A stretch of 64,000 bases of DNA from Glaucostegus cemiculus. Lineage: Eukaryota. Within the stretch, counting starts at the first letter, position 1. Each line of letters starts with the position of its first letter. The DNA lies in assembly GCA_976551045.1 (NCBI GenBank), contig CDPCPM010000015.1, positions 18,786,001 through 18,850,000 on the forward strand, given 5' to 3'. Shown here in pieces: positions 38,780 to 52,584 of the stretch. Below the pieces are notes generated by a model. The model was not told where the DNA came from. It was given only the letters and a program-made list of their open reading frames with translations, and ran no database searches. The translations under genes were made by a program, and so were the position numbers.

Positions 38780-39205
38780 AGTTATTGCCTGGATTAAAGA
38801 GTATTAGCTACAAGGAGAGGTTGGACAAACTTGTATTGTCTCCTCTGAAGGGTGAGGGGAGACTTGATAGAAGTTTATAAATTTATGAGAGGCGTAGATT
38901 CTGATTCTGAGATAGGGTAGATGGTCAGAGTCTCCTTCCCCCAGAGTGGAAACACTAGCATGCATAGCTTTAAGGTGAGAGGGGGAAAGTTTAAGGGACA
39001 GTTATGAGACAGGTTCTTTTACACAGAGGGTGGTAGGTGCTTGGAACACATTGCCTGGGAGGGAGGGAGAGGCAGGGGAAGAGGTGGGAGCAAATACAGT
39101 AGCAATGTTTAAGAGGCACTGAGATGAACACATGAACAGGAGGGAGCAGATGGAAGGGCCTTTTCCGGTGCTGTCCTGTTTTATGATCAATGTTCTATGT
39201 TCTAA
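38780..39205 (+). mobile_element. CR1 3' fragment
   Basis: GCTACAAGGAGAGGTTGGACAAAC...TTTAAGGTGAGAGGGGGAAAGTTTAAG...CAGAGGGTGGTAGGTGCTTGGAAC. Confidence 0.85.
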
Positions 39206-39729
39206 ATAAACACCATTATATTGAAACCAAATTCTCTACCCTTCAGCCAGAGAAAACAGTCTCCCTGCATCCACAGATAATCCTTTATAGACCTTCTCCC
39301 ATTCTTAAAAAAATCCACTAAGTACAGCCAATCTTACTCATTCTCGTCTCACAGTATAATCCTCTCATCCCAAGAATCGATCCAGAGAACTTACACTACA
39401 GTGTTTCCAAGGAAACGATATCCTTCCTTAGGAATGGAGATAAAGGTGGAGAAAATCATTCTCAGTTGTCTACCTCCTTGGACAGCCTTACAGGTCTAGC
39501 TAAAATTGTTTTCCAGACTTGATATTTTTCAACATTAGTTATACATTGCTGTTCTTTTAGCGAGAACTGTTAAAGTATTGAGTGTTTTTTCACAGCAAAT
39601 ATTAGAGGTAGAAAACATTATTTTCTTAGGGGGTGTAAAGAGATAAGACAAATCTCACTAGCTGGAATTGCCAGCGCTCATTGAGACAACTGGCATTCAG
39701 CCAATGAAAGTTCAATTAGTCAAGGAATT

Positions 39730-40830
39730 GCATGCTATTCCATGGGATTTTTAAGGAAAATATTTGTACTTGGGATTGTTGGGTAATATACCGCCGTGGA
39801 TTGAGGATTGGTTAGACCAGTGAGAAGGAATAAACTGGTAATTTTCAGGATAGAAGTTTGAAAGTAATGGGGTGCTTGGACGTGGGACATGTGTCAGACG
39901 TCAGACATGTTGTTGGACATGGGACATGTGTTGAAAATCTATTATCAATGCTTTGGATGCAAGGATCAAGTGCATCCACCTTTGAGGATGATACAAAGAG
40001 AGATGGAAAGCAGGGAGATGTCAGAGGAGACACAGGTTAAATGAAGGGTCGAGTCATGATAGATGGAATATAGTTTGGAAAAATTGAAGTAATTTATTTT
40101 GGTAGAAAATCAGAAAACCCATTTTAAACGTGAGAGATTGAAAAGCACGAGTGTACAGAAGGATCTGGGTGTCCTTCTACATGAATCACTGAAAGTTAAC
40201 TTGCAGGTACAGCAAAACAATTAGGAAGGCATGTTGGCATGAACTTCAAAGCAAGAGGATTTGAGTGCAAGGTCACTGGAATTAGATTGGGCCCATAGCT
40301 GGAACACTGTGCACAGATCTGTTCGCCATGCCCAAGGAAGGGTGTGTTTGCACATGCAGTGAAGGTTGACCAGGTTGTGACAGAAGAAGTGTGATAACAA
40401 TTCACCAGATTGATTCCTGGGATGGGGGGGGGGATTACCATATAATCAAATGAGGCCTGTACTCTCCAAAGCCAAGAAGAGGGGCTATTGTATTGAAATA
40501 TATAATTTTTTTATTAGGCTCAACAAGTTGAATGCAGGGATGATATTTCCTTAGATGAGGTTCCTAGAACTATGGGTCACAGTCTCAAAATAAGAGGTCA
40601 GCCACTTGGACCGAGAAGAGAAGAAATTTCTTTATCCAGTGGGTGGTGAATCTTGGAAATTGTCTATCTAGGAGGATTGTGGAGGTTCAGTCACTCAGGG
40701 TATTCAAGACAGAGACTAATAGATTCTTTTTATATTAAGGGAATCAGGGGATATGGAGTTAGTTAGGAAAGTAGTATTGGGATAAAAGATCAACCATGAT
40801 CCTATAAAATGACTGATCAAGCTGATTGGT
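39730..40830 (+). mobile_element. Degraded CR1 ORF2 (RT to 3' end)
   Basis: TTTGAGGATGATACAAAG (FADDTK-like), GATCTGGGTGTCCT, TTCACCAGATTGATTCCTGGGATG, GGGTGGTGAATCTTGGAA. Confidence 0.75.
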
Positions 40831-40849
40831 CTAAGTCTGTTCATAAGAT

Positions 40850-40996
40850 ATAAGATCTTCATTAGTCACATGTACATCAAAACACACAGTGAAATACATC
40901 TTTTACATAGCGATTTTGGGGGGCAGCCCATAAGTGTCGCCACACTTCCGGCGCCAACATAGCACGCCCACAACTTCCTAACCTGTACATCTTTGG
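40850..40996 (-). mobile_element. Truncated V-SINE, Rex-like tail variant
   Basis: Near-identical to 20965-21112. Confidence 0.85.
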
Positions 40997-41374
40997 TCCT
41001 TATGTTATTATTCAAACAAGAGTGATGAAGAAAGCTCAGACTTACAGATGGTGACAGGTGTCTTCTGCATCTGTACTTCATGTGGCATCCAGTAGTGGGG
41101 CCCAGTCTTTACTGAGTTCCCTAGCATCACACTCAGATTCTGCCCCTGGTCAGACTGGCATATGATTAAAGATGCCACCAGTATTAATGAGGATTCTAGG
41201 TTTGTAGATTAGGAAGCTAAGAGTAAGGTAAGAAGACTTCTGAAGAAAATATTTTATTTTAATTTAATGTTTAATGTTTTTATGATTTCCAAGTCTTTTA
41301 AGTGTCTTAGTTTTCCCTTTTTTTATTAGTGACATTTTTTAGTCATTTATATCCATTTCAATCTTTTTTTAAGG

Positions 41375-41820
41375 GATTCATTAGGTTAATTCCTGGGATA
41401 AGAGTGTTGTCCAATCAAGAGTGGCTGAAGAATTTAGATCTATAGTCTTTGGAGTTTAGAAAAATGGAGAGTGATCCTATTGAAACATATAAGATCATTA
41501 GGTGGGATAACAAGGTGGATGTCAAGATATTTCCACTGATGGGAGAACCTCGAACAAGGGGACGTAGTTACAAGATTACAGGGCAGGCATTTAAACCTGA
41601 TGTAGGCAGGAACTTTTTCTCACAGAGGAGTATGGAGGCTGGATCATTGTGAATATTTAAAGAATTAGATGAATTTTTGGAAGGTCAAAGAATTGAGGGC
41701 TGTGGGGAAAAGGCACAGAAGAAGAAATGAGACCTAGGACAGATGAGCCATGATCATATTGAATGGCAGGGCAGGTTTGAGGGGCCGAGTGGCCTACTAA
41801 TGCTCCTATGTTCTTATGTC
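41375..41820 (+). mobile_element. CR1 3' fragment
   Basis: LEFRKMESDPIETYKIIR...FPLMGEPRTRG.SYKI..FFSQR. Confidence 0.85.
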
Positions 41821-42689
41821 TCTGAATGTTGATATTTGGAGACACTTAAGTACCAGTATAATTGGCGTAAGTAATTAAAAATTAAATATCACGTCAAAAA
41901 AATCACGTAAATATCAGCTTTGTGGGCCGAAGGGCCTGAATTGTGCTGTAGGTATCTATGTTCTAAAAATGTTAAGAAGTAAAGATCATTGAAATACAGT
42001 AATATGCTTAGAAATTATTAACAACATTTAACTAAAACAAAATAAATTTTAAAAGTGTTATCTTCCTCATTCACCAGGTCAAAGGATCTAGGTGAAAAGG
42101 AATGGGGGTCTCCCATCCAATACCCATTCCAGACTAGCACAGGATCAAAGAGAGGATTATGCAGAGCCATCCCAGTGGGACCGAGCTCTGCCATTGGAAT
42201 CTGCCATTGGATTCGTTTTTTTGTTTCTGTTCAAATGACTGAACCCTGGCAGGTCCCGTTGAGTGCAGCCACCAAGATTCAGCACAACATCCAACTAGCA
42301 GCAACAATGGCTGAGATTAAAACAGCTTTTCATGTTGACAAAAATAAATTAATAGAATAATGGTAAAGTATCCCTTTCTGAGAGGTGAGAACTTAAATTG
42401 AGTTTGTGAATGATAAAGATTGGCTAGAACAGCTCGTGCTCTTCTTCAATAAAGCCTTCGATCTTTTTCATCCACCGACTCATTATTTTCCTGTTTGGGT
42501 TAGAAATAAAAGTTTTGCACATTTGTGTGAACGAGTAAATCACTGGCTAACATCTGGAATTTATCTAAGGGGTGAAGCTGATCGGAAGCCAATGGAATCT
42601 GCAAATTTATGGCCTTACTCACTGACCCAGATACAGCTGGAGATAAATGTTTGCAGCAGTAGTAATTTCTAGGTCACTGCTTTAAATCC

Positions 42690-43200
42690 AGCCTACAGAA
42701 AGAAAAAGCTGAAGGTCCACCTCGTGTTATTAAGTGTTACAAGTGGATAAAGCAACCTGGAGGTACAGCTCCAACTATACTCAAGAAGTCCAACACCACT
42801 TAGGACAAAGCAGCTTTCTTGACTGGCACCCATCAACCATCCTGAACATTCATTCCCTCCATTACTGACGCACGGTGCATACAAAATGTACGCAGTTACT
42901 CACCCAGGCTACTCCCAGACCTGCACCTCTACCAACAAGATGGACAAAGGTAGAGGGCACATGGAAACACCAGCACCTGCAGGTTTGCCTCCAAGTCACA
43001 GACCATCCTGAGTTGGAAGCATATCACCTGTCCTTCATCGTCATTGAGCTTAATTGTAGAACTTCCTACACAACAGAACAATGGGACTAATTTCACCAGA
43101 AGGGCTGCAGCAGTTGAAGAAGGCAGCTCACCATTACTGTCTTAAGGACAATAAATGCTGGCGTTGCCATACTGCTCAAATCCTGAGAAGTAAATAAATA
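42690..43200 (+). mobile_element. LINE 3' end (second CR1-group family)
   Basis: GACAAAGCAGCTTTCTTGACTGGCACCCATC..AACATTCATTCCCTCCA...CTGCAGCAGTTGAAGAAGGCAGCTCACCA..CAATAAATGCTGGC; exact clade not determined. Confidence 0.7.
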
Positions 43201-44944
43201 GAAAAGTAGCTCCTTGCTTGGCCAATCCCATAACTGGCCATGACATTTTCAATACAATTCAACTTATATTAGCATTTAAATGATGAATGGAACCTTTTGA
43301 AATTAATTTGTGCACTATTTTATGAGAATCTTAAACATAATTATTTTAAACAAGTTTAATCCTTCTGTTAAAATATTAATGAAAGTTGTACAGCGTTATT
43401 TCAGGGTAGCTTAGAATGAACTTTATGTGTGATTTCTTAAATCAGTGCAAAGTTCACGTAAAGGATATATATGATTTCTGCAGCATCTCAGACGGTAACT
43501 GACAACCATCAAATAAACAGTTACTAACAACAAGGAACATTGGCGATGGGTTTGATGGAAATTCTGTATCCAACCATCTGTGTTCAATGTAAAATGCTTC
43601 CTGTCACGTCATCCATTCCCCAGCAACAACAATCACACCCAGAGTCATAGAATCAAGATCACATCACACTGATTACATCAATTATAACAATATAAAGGTA
43701 TACTTTTACTGTATCAATACAAAACATACCAGACAACTTTGAGTACACAGACAAAAGTATTTTCCTTATGAATGTGAAAAAATTGATCTCAACAATAAAG
43801 GTGCAAGGGCTCACAAAACACTGCTAGACACAAGTATAAACTTATCAAAGTAATCACTATAATGGTTAAAAATGATTATCGTTTATTTGCATCATTTTTA
43901 TAAAAAACATTGCATTTTATTCATGGCAGACTCCCTGACAGCAGTACCAGAGATGTTAAATGCAGAGATAATGTGAGTGTGGGGAAGATTCTCAAGTAGG
44001 ACTGAGGAGTGCAGGGAACTGATGCAGATGGTTTTACAAAGACTGAAGTCTCGGGAGAATTGGTGAATGGTAGGAAGTGGGTTTGGAGCTCAGCTCAGTG
44101 CTGCTGTCAGTCAGCTGTCAGACAATGCCTGCTGGAGGTGACATGTTGCTCAGCGAATAAATTAATGTAATTACAGAAGACTGGTTGAAAAGGAAACAAA
44201 GGCTTAGTAATTCTTGTGCACCCGAAGTGGGACAATGTTTTGACTGAGGCAGTGATATCCCAACAATGGCTTTGGTTGTGGATCAATCATTGCAAACTTC
44301 AGTGTTACCTGAAGGCCAAATCTACTGAAAAGGCATTGCACGTTGTCACTGTTGAAAATGTGTTGCCTTTGACAATATCAGATGCTGTCAAAGCTGTACG
44401 TATGTTCAGATCTACTGAATGTTTGGGAATATTAAAGAATTTCACACACAGTTAGTATAAGTAATGTTAAAAAAAGTCACAAAATTTAAATATTTTAAAA
44501 ATACTTTATATTTGAAAAGGAAGTAAAGCACACACATGAACTAAAAATCAATTAACCTCAGTTAAACTAAAACATAACTACTAACCTTTCTCCGGGACCC
44601 GATGTCTGTCCTTCACTTGTGTGGGGACTGCAATGCTATTTTTACATCTAAGCTGGTACAGTCTTGGCGGGGAGATTTCCCAGCCTGAAAGCTGGAGAAT
44701 GTGCGGAGGATCACACTGTACTCTTGGAGTCCTTGAGAAGTCTACAGAGCAGGTGCAGGTGACCGCAAGATGACACCATTAATTATTGCCTACACTAGCG
44801 CTGGAAACTGTGATTTCCAAAGGGACACCCTGGTAAGGCATAACATTCGTGCTGGTGATGGGGTGAAAGATCTGCCCTAGAAAGGTAATGAAAACTGGGG
44901 GCTCACTGTGCACAATTTTTATTTCAGCCATGTATCTACTTACT

Positions 44945-45306
44945 TGTTCTCATAGAGTGAACATCACTGGAAATGCCAGCATTTATTGCCCATCCCCAAA
45001 TGCCAGCATTTATTTCCCATCCACCGAAAGGAGGCAGCCAAGAGTCAACCTGGAGACATACATTGACCAGGCACCTTTTTAGAGAACAGCAGATTTTCTC
45101 CCCCCCCGAGATCATTGAATTTGCCACACACCTGTAGTTTCATGGCTAACGCTACTGAAGTTAGCTTTTTCCCTCCTTTATATTCCAGAGTTATTTAATT
45201 ATTTGAACGTTCCCTAGATGCCATGGTGGGATTTCAACTCATGTCTCTGGGTCAATGATCCAGAATTCTGGCTGCTAGTCTAGGAACTTAACCACTATAC
45301 TACCAT
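44945..45306 (-). mobile_element. tRNA-derived SINE sharing its 3' tail with the 42690-43200 LINE
   Basis: Head on - (GTAGTATAGTGGTTAAG..GAGTTGAAATCCCACCATGGCA); tail GGGCAATAAATGCTGGC; local duplication of AAATGCCAGCATTTATT. Confidence 0.7.
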
Positions 45307-45989
45307 GCAGCACAGAAGACCCTGAATGGACACAGTGTAACATAATGCAAGCATATCAAAGTTAAAACTCTGGCAGCAAATCCACAGCCTGCACGGTCTG
45401 CAGATCATTCACATAGATTCAAGTTATCAACACAATAAGGAGACCTTCCTGACCAGGTGCCAGATTGACCATGGGAGGCCAACTGGATAAGATTTCCTTT
45501 ACTCAGGCATCTTGTTCCCTGGGTCATTATCCCTCCCACTGAATTTATGACCCTCACCAGATTTCCACCCTCCCTCGCCCCCACCCGGATCTGGCACTTG
45601 AGCAGGCCACCCTCAGAAATCCAACACCCATTCATGACCAATGACCCTCAGCACCTCCCAGAGAAGGCAATCTCTGACTTGTCATTTTTGCCAAATGCCC
45701 CACTGATTCCCAACAACCGGCGCACACACCAACTCCGTCCAAGGAATTGTTACAAAACACTCTATTCATTGCCCAATCCCCGAGCCTTACCCCCACCACC
45801 AAGCCTCCCCTTATTGGCAGTGTCCACAGATGAAAGGACTTATCCAAAGCCAATCATGTAATGGATGTAATATTATCCGTGAGCAATAATTGTTGCTTTA
45901 AGTCTATCATGGTCTATGATTGTACAATATGTCTAACTATGCTCTGTGTTACAATAGTGTTTTAATGTGAAATGTTCCAGCTGCAGCCT

Positions 45990-46960
45990 CCTTGAAGGAA
46001 AGGGGTCAGCTACTTGGCCCCTCAGACCTGCTCCGCCATTCAATAAAATTCTGCCCAATCTGGTTGTAACCCAGCTCAGTATTCCTGGCTATAGCTGGTA
46101 ACCATTCACCCCTTGTTCATCAAGAATCAATCTAATTCTGCCTTAAAAATATTTGAAGACTCTACTTCCATCAACCTCTGCCAGAAACAAGTTCACTTCA
46201 CCTTCATTTTTAATGGGTGACCCCCTCACTTTTAAACAGGAACTCCAATTTTAGGTTTTCCCACAAACGGGAACTTTTTTTCCACATCTAACCTGTCAAG
46301 ACCCCTTGGGATTTATTTATTTACAGCCTGGTAATAGGCCCTTTCGGCCTAACGAGTCCACGCCGCCCATTTTAAACCCCCCAAATTAACCTACCCGTAC
46401 ACCTTTTAGAATGTGGGAGGAAACCGGAGCACCCGGAGGAAACCCACGCAGACACGGGAGAACGTACAAACTCTTTACAGTCAGCGACGGGAATCGAACC
46501 CCAATCACTGGCGCTGTAACAGCGTCGCGCTAACCACTACGCTATCGTGCCACCCAATGGAATCCTAAGATGGAATCTTATTGGATTCCATCAATTGCTC
46601 TCCCACTCTTATAATTCCAGTACATGTGACCCAAGACCATCCAATCTTTCCTCATACGGTGACCCATTCCAAGTATCAGTCTGGCAACCCTTCTTTGAAC
46701 TGCTTCCAATGCATTACGCTTTTCCTTAAATAAAGAGAACGTAGTCTAGGTGTTGTGTCACTAATGTCCTATATAAATGAAGACCAGACTCCCCAATTTT
46801 CCATTCCATTCTCCTAACCCTACACAATAATTCTCCTCATTTCTGATATCGTATGTGCATACTAGCCTTTTGTGAATCATTTACCAAGAAACCTAGATTC
46901 CACTGTATTTCAGAGCTCTGCAATCTCTCACCACTTAGATAATATGCTTTATTTATTTAA
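45990..46960 (-). mobile_element. Degraded CR1 interrupted by a V-SINE
   Basis: CCTGCTCCGCCATTCAATAA tail motif, AATCAATCTAATTCTGCCTTAAAAATATT, TGAACTGCTTCCAATGCATT. Confidence 0.7.
46311..46555 (-). mobile_element. Young full-length V-SINE (HE1-like) with intact Pol III boxes
   Basis: A box TAGCGTAGTGG, B box GGTTCGATTCC, V-core GTTCTCCCGTGTCTGCGTGGGTTTCCTCCGGGTGCTCCGGTTTCCTCCCACA. Confidence 0.92.
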
Positions 46961-47544
46961 AGGAAGAGAAATTACCATCTTAGTTCAAGTTATCAACCAT
47001 GTCCAATATCTTAGAAAAGGGAATAAGGGGAAAATTGTGACATGCACAAATACATTTTCTAATGACAGCAGCAATTCTTTAATGCATACTTACAGGATAC
47101 AAACAAATCTTTAGACCAATATGCTTCATGAAAATTCTGAACTGTATTGTGACCATAACTCAGTGTGACATTTTGGTACTTGGTTCATCATTTAAAATTA
47201 GTTGCTATACAAGAACAGACACCCAAGGTTCCTCTGTCTGCCATTTTCATAATGAATGAATTTACAATTTTGTTATGCATGGCACACAGAGGATATCTTC
47301 CAGCAGGGCGACCAGCATTTTATAATTGGGAAGCTAACCCTGAGATTTACCAGAAATATCACTGCTTTAGTGCAGTTTCTCAGTTCAAAAATTAAAAAAC
47401 TAAATGTAATTAACTGATTTCCCATTTATAGACAGTCCAAGATCACAGGACCACATGGTTTCTGATGATCCTGGTACAACTTAAATATTGCAGTGGTTTG
47501 CCCAATATTGCCATGAAGGAAATATACAGAACCGATGTCTCACC

Positions 47545-47920
47545 TTACAATAACTCTTATATAGCAAAGCATCCCAAGGCTCTTCAGAGGAGACTAATTA
47601 AACATTGATGAAGAGCCACATAAGGAGATATAAGGACAAAGGAGGTGGGTTTTAAGAAGTGTCAGTGGAGGAGAATGGGAACTTCCAGAGGAGAGGACAT
47701 TGGGCATGGCGGTTAATGCTGTTGCAGGTTAATTTTGGGAATGATCACTAAGCCAGAATTTGAGGAGTGAGAGTGTTATAGTACTGGAGAAGTGGGAAAG
47801 GCAAGATAATGGAGGGGGTTGCAAACAAGGCTGATGGCTTTAAAACTGAACTGCTGCTTAACCAGGAGTCCATATGGATCAACATACTCCATGCAAGTTT
47901 GGACACTGGCAGTGGAATTT
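47545..47920 (-). mobile_element. Degraded L2-type LINE 3' end
   Basis: CATCCCAAGGCTCTTCAGAGGAG...GAGCCACATAAGGAGATAT..AAAGGAGGTGGGTTTTAAG; parallels 52585-52960. Confidence 0.5.
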
Positions 47921-49423
47921 AGGATGGCAAACCTAAGGCCAAACAAACCCATGGTGAGTACAATGAAGGAAGTCACTGATGAGTGTACGGGAGTGGGGAG
48001 GTCTAGAGGAAGGAAGTGCACAGAAGAATCAAACCAAAAATTAACCAAAAGAAAAATAATTGGCTTAGGTCTGTTTATTCACGTTAACTATGTACTGTAT
48101 GTAACCACTTTCTTACACACAGCTTGTCCATAACCTCAGGATAATGGCATCCAAGCCACTGCAGAAGCCTAAACATGACACAAGATAATAAAAAAAAACA
48201 AATGCAAATGAAACAGGAAGAACCTGGTACAGATATAGTTCTTCTCTCCCAGTACATTTCTTCCTGTTTTAAGTCTCACTGAATAGATTATTATGTTGGT
48301 GGTTTGCTTAAGATGCTATTTTTCCTCCTCCTCTTACTCTTTATCTCTTTTGTTCAGTTACTTAATGATTCACTTTACTTTAGAGGTCCACTGTATATAC
48401 AGAGCATACACATAACACAAAAACAAAGAGGGAAATTCAAGCTCCCAAGGGCCACCATTAACTATGATGGAAGAAAGGTCAGGGAAATTTAGGTGGATCT
48501 GCAAAGACAAACCAAATAATTAGCCAAGCGTAAATCAGTCCTGCATCAGTAACCAATACCCATTGAGCCCAGGAAGAATCTGATACAAGTGATCTTCTTC
48601 ACAATACTTACTACCAGGAGGGCTTTAACTCCAGAGCATAAGAAAGAAAATGAATGACAACCAAAATAAGCTGCTTGTGATAACCACTTGGAGTGACAAA
48701 AGTTGGACTAGCAGCTGTGTCATTGGATGACCAAGAGAGATTCAAAACAATCTAGGGAAAAAGAAGTAATGTTGCTAGGGTAAGAGGAGAGAGAGTTCTC
48801 TTCCACAGAGAGAATTTAACAAAAGAAGAAATGGATGGAAAGCAGGCTACCCACGTAGAAAGTAATGAGGCAATATCAGCAAAATAATAAAATTAGGACT
48901 CGTTCTGCAACAAATAACTGGAACATTCAAAGAAAGGAATTTATATCTGCTTTCAACAACAATGGATAAGAAGTCACAAAAGAAAGGCCTACTTGTAGCA
49001 TCTGTCAATGTGTAACATCACTACATGATGTATTTAATCAGGTATCACTGTGCACACATGCACTGCCTCAAATAAATCAGAAAGACTTGATTTTTCTGTG
49101 TTTTTCCCACATTACTCTTCACACACTGCATCAAGAACCTACACAGGATACATCCACTTGATGAAATGATTAGGAAAGTGTATTTTGTTCTATCCTTCAG
49201 CTTGCACTTTTGGTCTGTGATTTCTGTGCAGAAGTTTCCATTGCCAGCTCTCCAGATAGTCACTGGTAAGACCTGGGCTTGGCAGACAGACCGATTGAGC
49301 TCAATGCACATGTCCGATGTCAGTGTAAAGATACCTCACAAATATTTCTTTTGTACCTCCACCAAACAATGCCTTTAGCTAAACTGCTTTAGAAGTAGTA
49401 ACTACAAGGTCCTTGTAACTACA

Positions 49424-50304
49424 AGGTGGATTTTAGGAGGGGCCATTGTGTGCACGCTCTGCTGACCATCAACGGGTCTGCTGTGGAACAAGTACGCAGC
49501 ACCAAGTTCCTGGGGGTGCACATCACCGACGACCTGACCTGGTCCACTAACATTACGGCCCTCACGAAGAAGGCTCAGAAACGCCTCTACTTCCTGCGGA
49601 GACTGAGCAAAGCGTACCCACATCCCTCAGTCATGAAATCCTTCTACAGGGGGACCATTGAGAGCATCCTAACTCAATGTATCACTGTTTGGTTTGGAAG
49701 CTGCTCAGCTGCTGGGCGGAAGTCCCTCCAGAGGATAGTTAGGGCTGCGGAGTGGATCATAGGTGTCTCGCTTCCATCCCTCGCAGACATATACAAAGAC
49801 CGTTGTGTGAGGAAGACAAAAAGCATAATGGCCGACCCTTCTCATCCCTCCCACCACCTCTTCACAATTTTGCCATCGGGGAGGAGGCTTAAATGTATCA
49901 GGGCAAGAACGTCCAGGCTGAACAATAGTTTCTTTCTGCAAGCCCTCAGAACTGCAAACTCACTCATCCCTCCATCTTCCTTTGTTAACACTAAGAGATG
50001 CTAGGTGTACAGAAATGCACCAGCACTTTAAATGCCGAGACCAGCCCGTTCACTTTAAGATCTATTTATTTAGTTACTGGCCACTTTTAATTTAATCTGC
50101 GTAATAATTCAATTTCAATCTCCATAGCTTCTAATGTGTAATGTTTTGTACTGTGTATTCTGCCAAGTGTGTATGTGTCTCTCTGTTGGTTGTTATGTTA
50201 TTCTTTTTTTATGGGACGAGCACCTGAGGAGGACGGTATCTCGCTCCTATGCATACTATGTATGTATATGGTAGTGACAATAAAACTGATTCTGATTCTG
50301 ATTC
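49424..50304 (+). mobile_element. 5'-truncated young Rex1/Babar LINE (open 192-aa RT C-terminal frame plus 3' UTR)
   Basis: LTINGSAVEQVRSTKFLGVHITDDLTWSTNI...KKAQKRLYFLRRL...YRGTIESILTQCITVWFG; AATAAA plus (GATTCT)n. Confidence 0.92.
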
Positions 50305-51759
50305 TTTATATAACTTGTTTGGGCTTGGATAGTTCTCATCCATAGTCTGTATAGTGACAAATGTTATGCAGAGTGGAAAATGAAAAACATAATTAGGCCC
50401 TGTGTTTAGAAGAATAATTTATTTTGTTATCATAAAATTATTTGGAAATGACACAAAGTATCATCAGAAAATGGGATTTGATCATATCGATGTGAGAAGT
50501 TCACTTTGCAAAAGCAAAAGTATTATTTTTATTTCCACACTACAGCGTAAGTAAACTAGGCACTCAGGGAGCTGGCAAGGAATCAGACTATACACTCTCT
50601 TCATTCCTGCCACCCCAGCATCTGACATACGTTAGTAATTATGTCAGCTGTGAATGTGCATGGCTTGTACTGAAGTATCACCCCTGGTTTGGTTTCAGAG
50701 CCAAAAGTGAGCACAAGCCCCGCTCTGGAACATAAGTATACTGCAACACTGAGGATTCTGCTTTCTCCTTGAGTTTATTGACAAATAAAAGACAAATTTA
50801 TTGTTTTCTCTTAATCTTCTTCACCCATTTAGTCACACATATTTTCATTCAAGGTCATGTCTTCACCAAGCTACATCCCTTAGATATAGTTCTGTAAAAA
50901 ATATTTATTATTAGAGCAAGGATTTACTACAGGAAATCCTAAGACAGATGAATAAATTAAAAGGGAATTCATGTATACCCAAGGTGCCAAGTTATATGTC
51001 TAATACTTATTTACATTCCAAGAAATCTCTATTGTCACATAAATGGTATGTGGTGGAAAGTAGCACACAAAATTACTGAAACATTGTGACTGAAGTGACC
51101 TGCATTTTGCAATTGCTATAATGGTGAAACTATGAGACAGCAACTTTGGGATTTTTGTGCATGAGTTGTTCAAAGTGGAAATCCCAAAGGTACAGTCTAC
51201 ACCAATCATGGTACATTCACAGTACAGTTGCTTTGAAACCATTGCCACTGCAATCAAGAAAAAAAATTGCATTGCTGAGAGCTTCAGGTGCTTCTGCACT
51301 GGTTTCCTGTAAATTGTCCTGAAAATATTATATTATTGCAAGGTGTAAAGGAGTTATTGGTGGCATTGAGAGCTGTTTGTTGCTTTGCACACTCACTGGG
51401 CTGATGAAACTAATATTTTATGTATGTATTTCTGTACATAGATATTTCAAAATATAATGGATTTTATAATGTTTTTCTTAATTTAGTAATATTTATTTAT
51501 AATATTTCAGTTTTCATTTTATGTTCTAGTCTTTCTACAGCCTTTGTAATATGTTCAAAAAATTTAGCAAAAATTTAAATATTTTCTTCCCTGGTTTGCT
51601 ATCTTGATTAAGAAATCTTGAATGTGATTTATTTTGCTCAGACAACTAGATGAGATCACAATTGCTGGTTAGCAGTGAACTCCTAGATCTGATCTTGACA
51701 GCAACCAACACTGGAAAAGCAGGACAACACACTGATAAATACACAACCAAATGTGATAC

Positions 51760-51813
51760 TGTTACAGATTAGCTTACTATTTGGTGAATGTCCCTTTAAG
51801 ACATAGCATGGTA

Positions 51814-51883
<70 letters not shown>

Positions 51884-52530
51884 TGGGGGGGAGGTGTTAT
51901 TACAACAACAACAGGAGATAACGACATGTTGACGTTTTGGGTCAGTCAGAAAAGAGAGCGAAGAGGAGAGAGATGCCCTGCCTGCTGGTCTCTGTATCGA
52001 TGGATGAAAAACAATAACTATGCCTGTCACTACAATCCACGTATGGATTTTTGGAATAGTTCAGTGGAGTCCACTCTGTCGTTAACCCATAGAAGGATAC
52101 AGGTATTTCTGTGGACAGCCACATCTCGAGTGCCTTTCAGGATGGCAGATACTTCAGAACAAAGCAGTGGAGATCATCAGTGAAGGTGTCATATGGGTCC
52201 ATTGTGGAACATTTGGATTTCATAATTTCTCTCTATTTTCTCTCTACATTTTCTCTTCAGTCAAACAGTAGCTTTGCAGAAGCCTTTGCTCATGTTTCAC
52301 CTTACGGCTTGCTGAACTGAATTTTGAGAACTATTCCTGGACTTGGAGTCTAGGAATTTTCCACACACACACTTCAAGTTTAGTTTTGGGGGTTAATGTT
52401 TACCATCAAACATGTTTACTTCTAACATTCTTACTTTTATTTTTCTTATTATCATAAGTAGTTATTAATAAAATAGTTTCTAACACTTATACATGACTCA
52501 GTGTGTTTCTTTTGTTGCTAGTACGTAACA
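51760..52530 (+). mobile_element. Solo LTR, same family as 18263-19167, containing (TG)n at 51815-51878
   Basis: TGTTAC...GTAACA termini; shared AGCTTACTA, AATGTCCCTTTAAGACA, GTTCAGTGGAGTCCAC, TTATTAATAAA; TSD not preserved (ATAC/AAAT). Confidence 0.88.
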
Positions 52531-52584
52531 AAATATAGAACAGAACCCTGATTGTGACTGAAATCATTGGTCAATACAATTACG

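Noticed and set aside
46480-46555. tRNA gene (also ~4240-4309 and ~21190-21251)
   Set aside because: A/B boxes belong to SINE heads that run directly into the V-core; no standalone cloverleaf with terminator
49426-50004. 192-aa ORF as a host gene
   Set aside because: It is the truncated C-terminal part of a Rex1/Babar ORF with several copies in the window and a LINE tail
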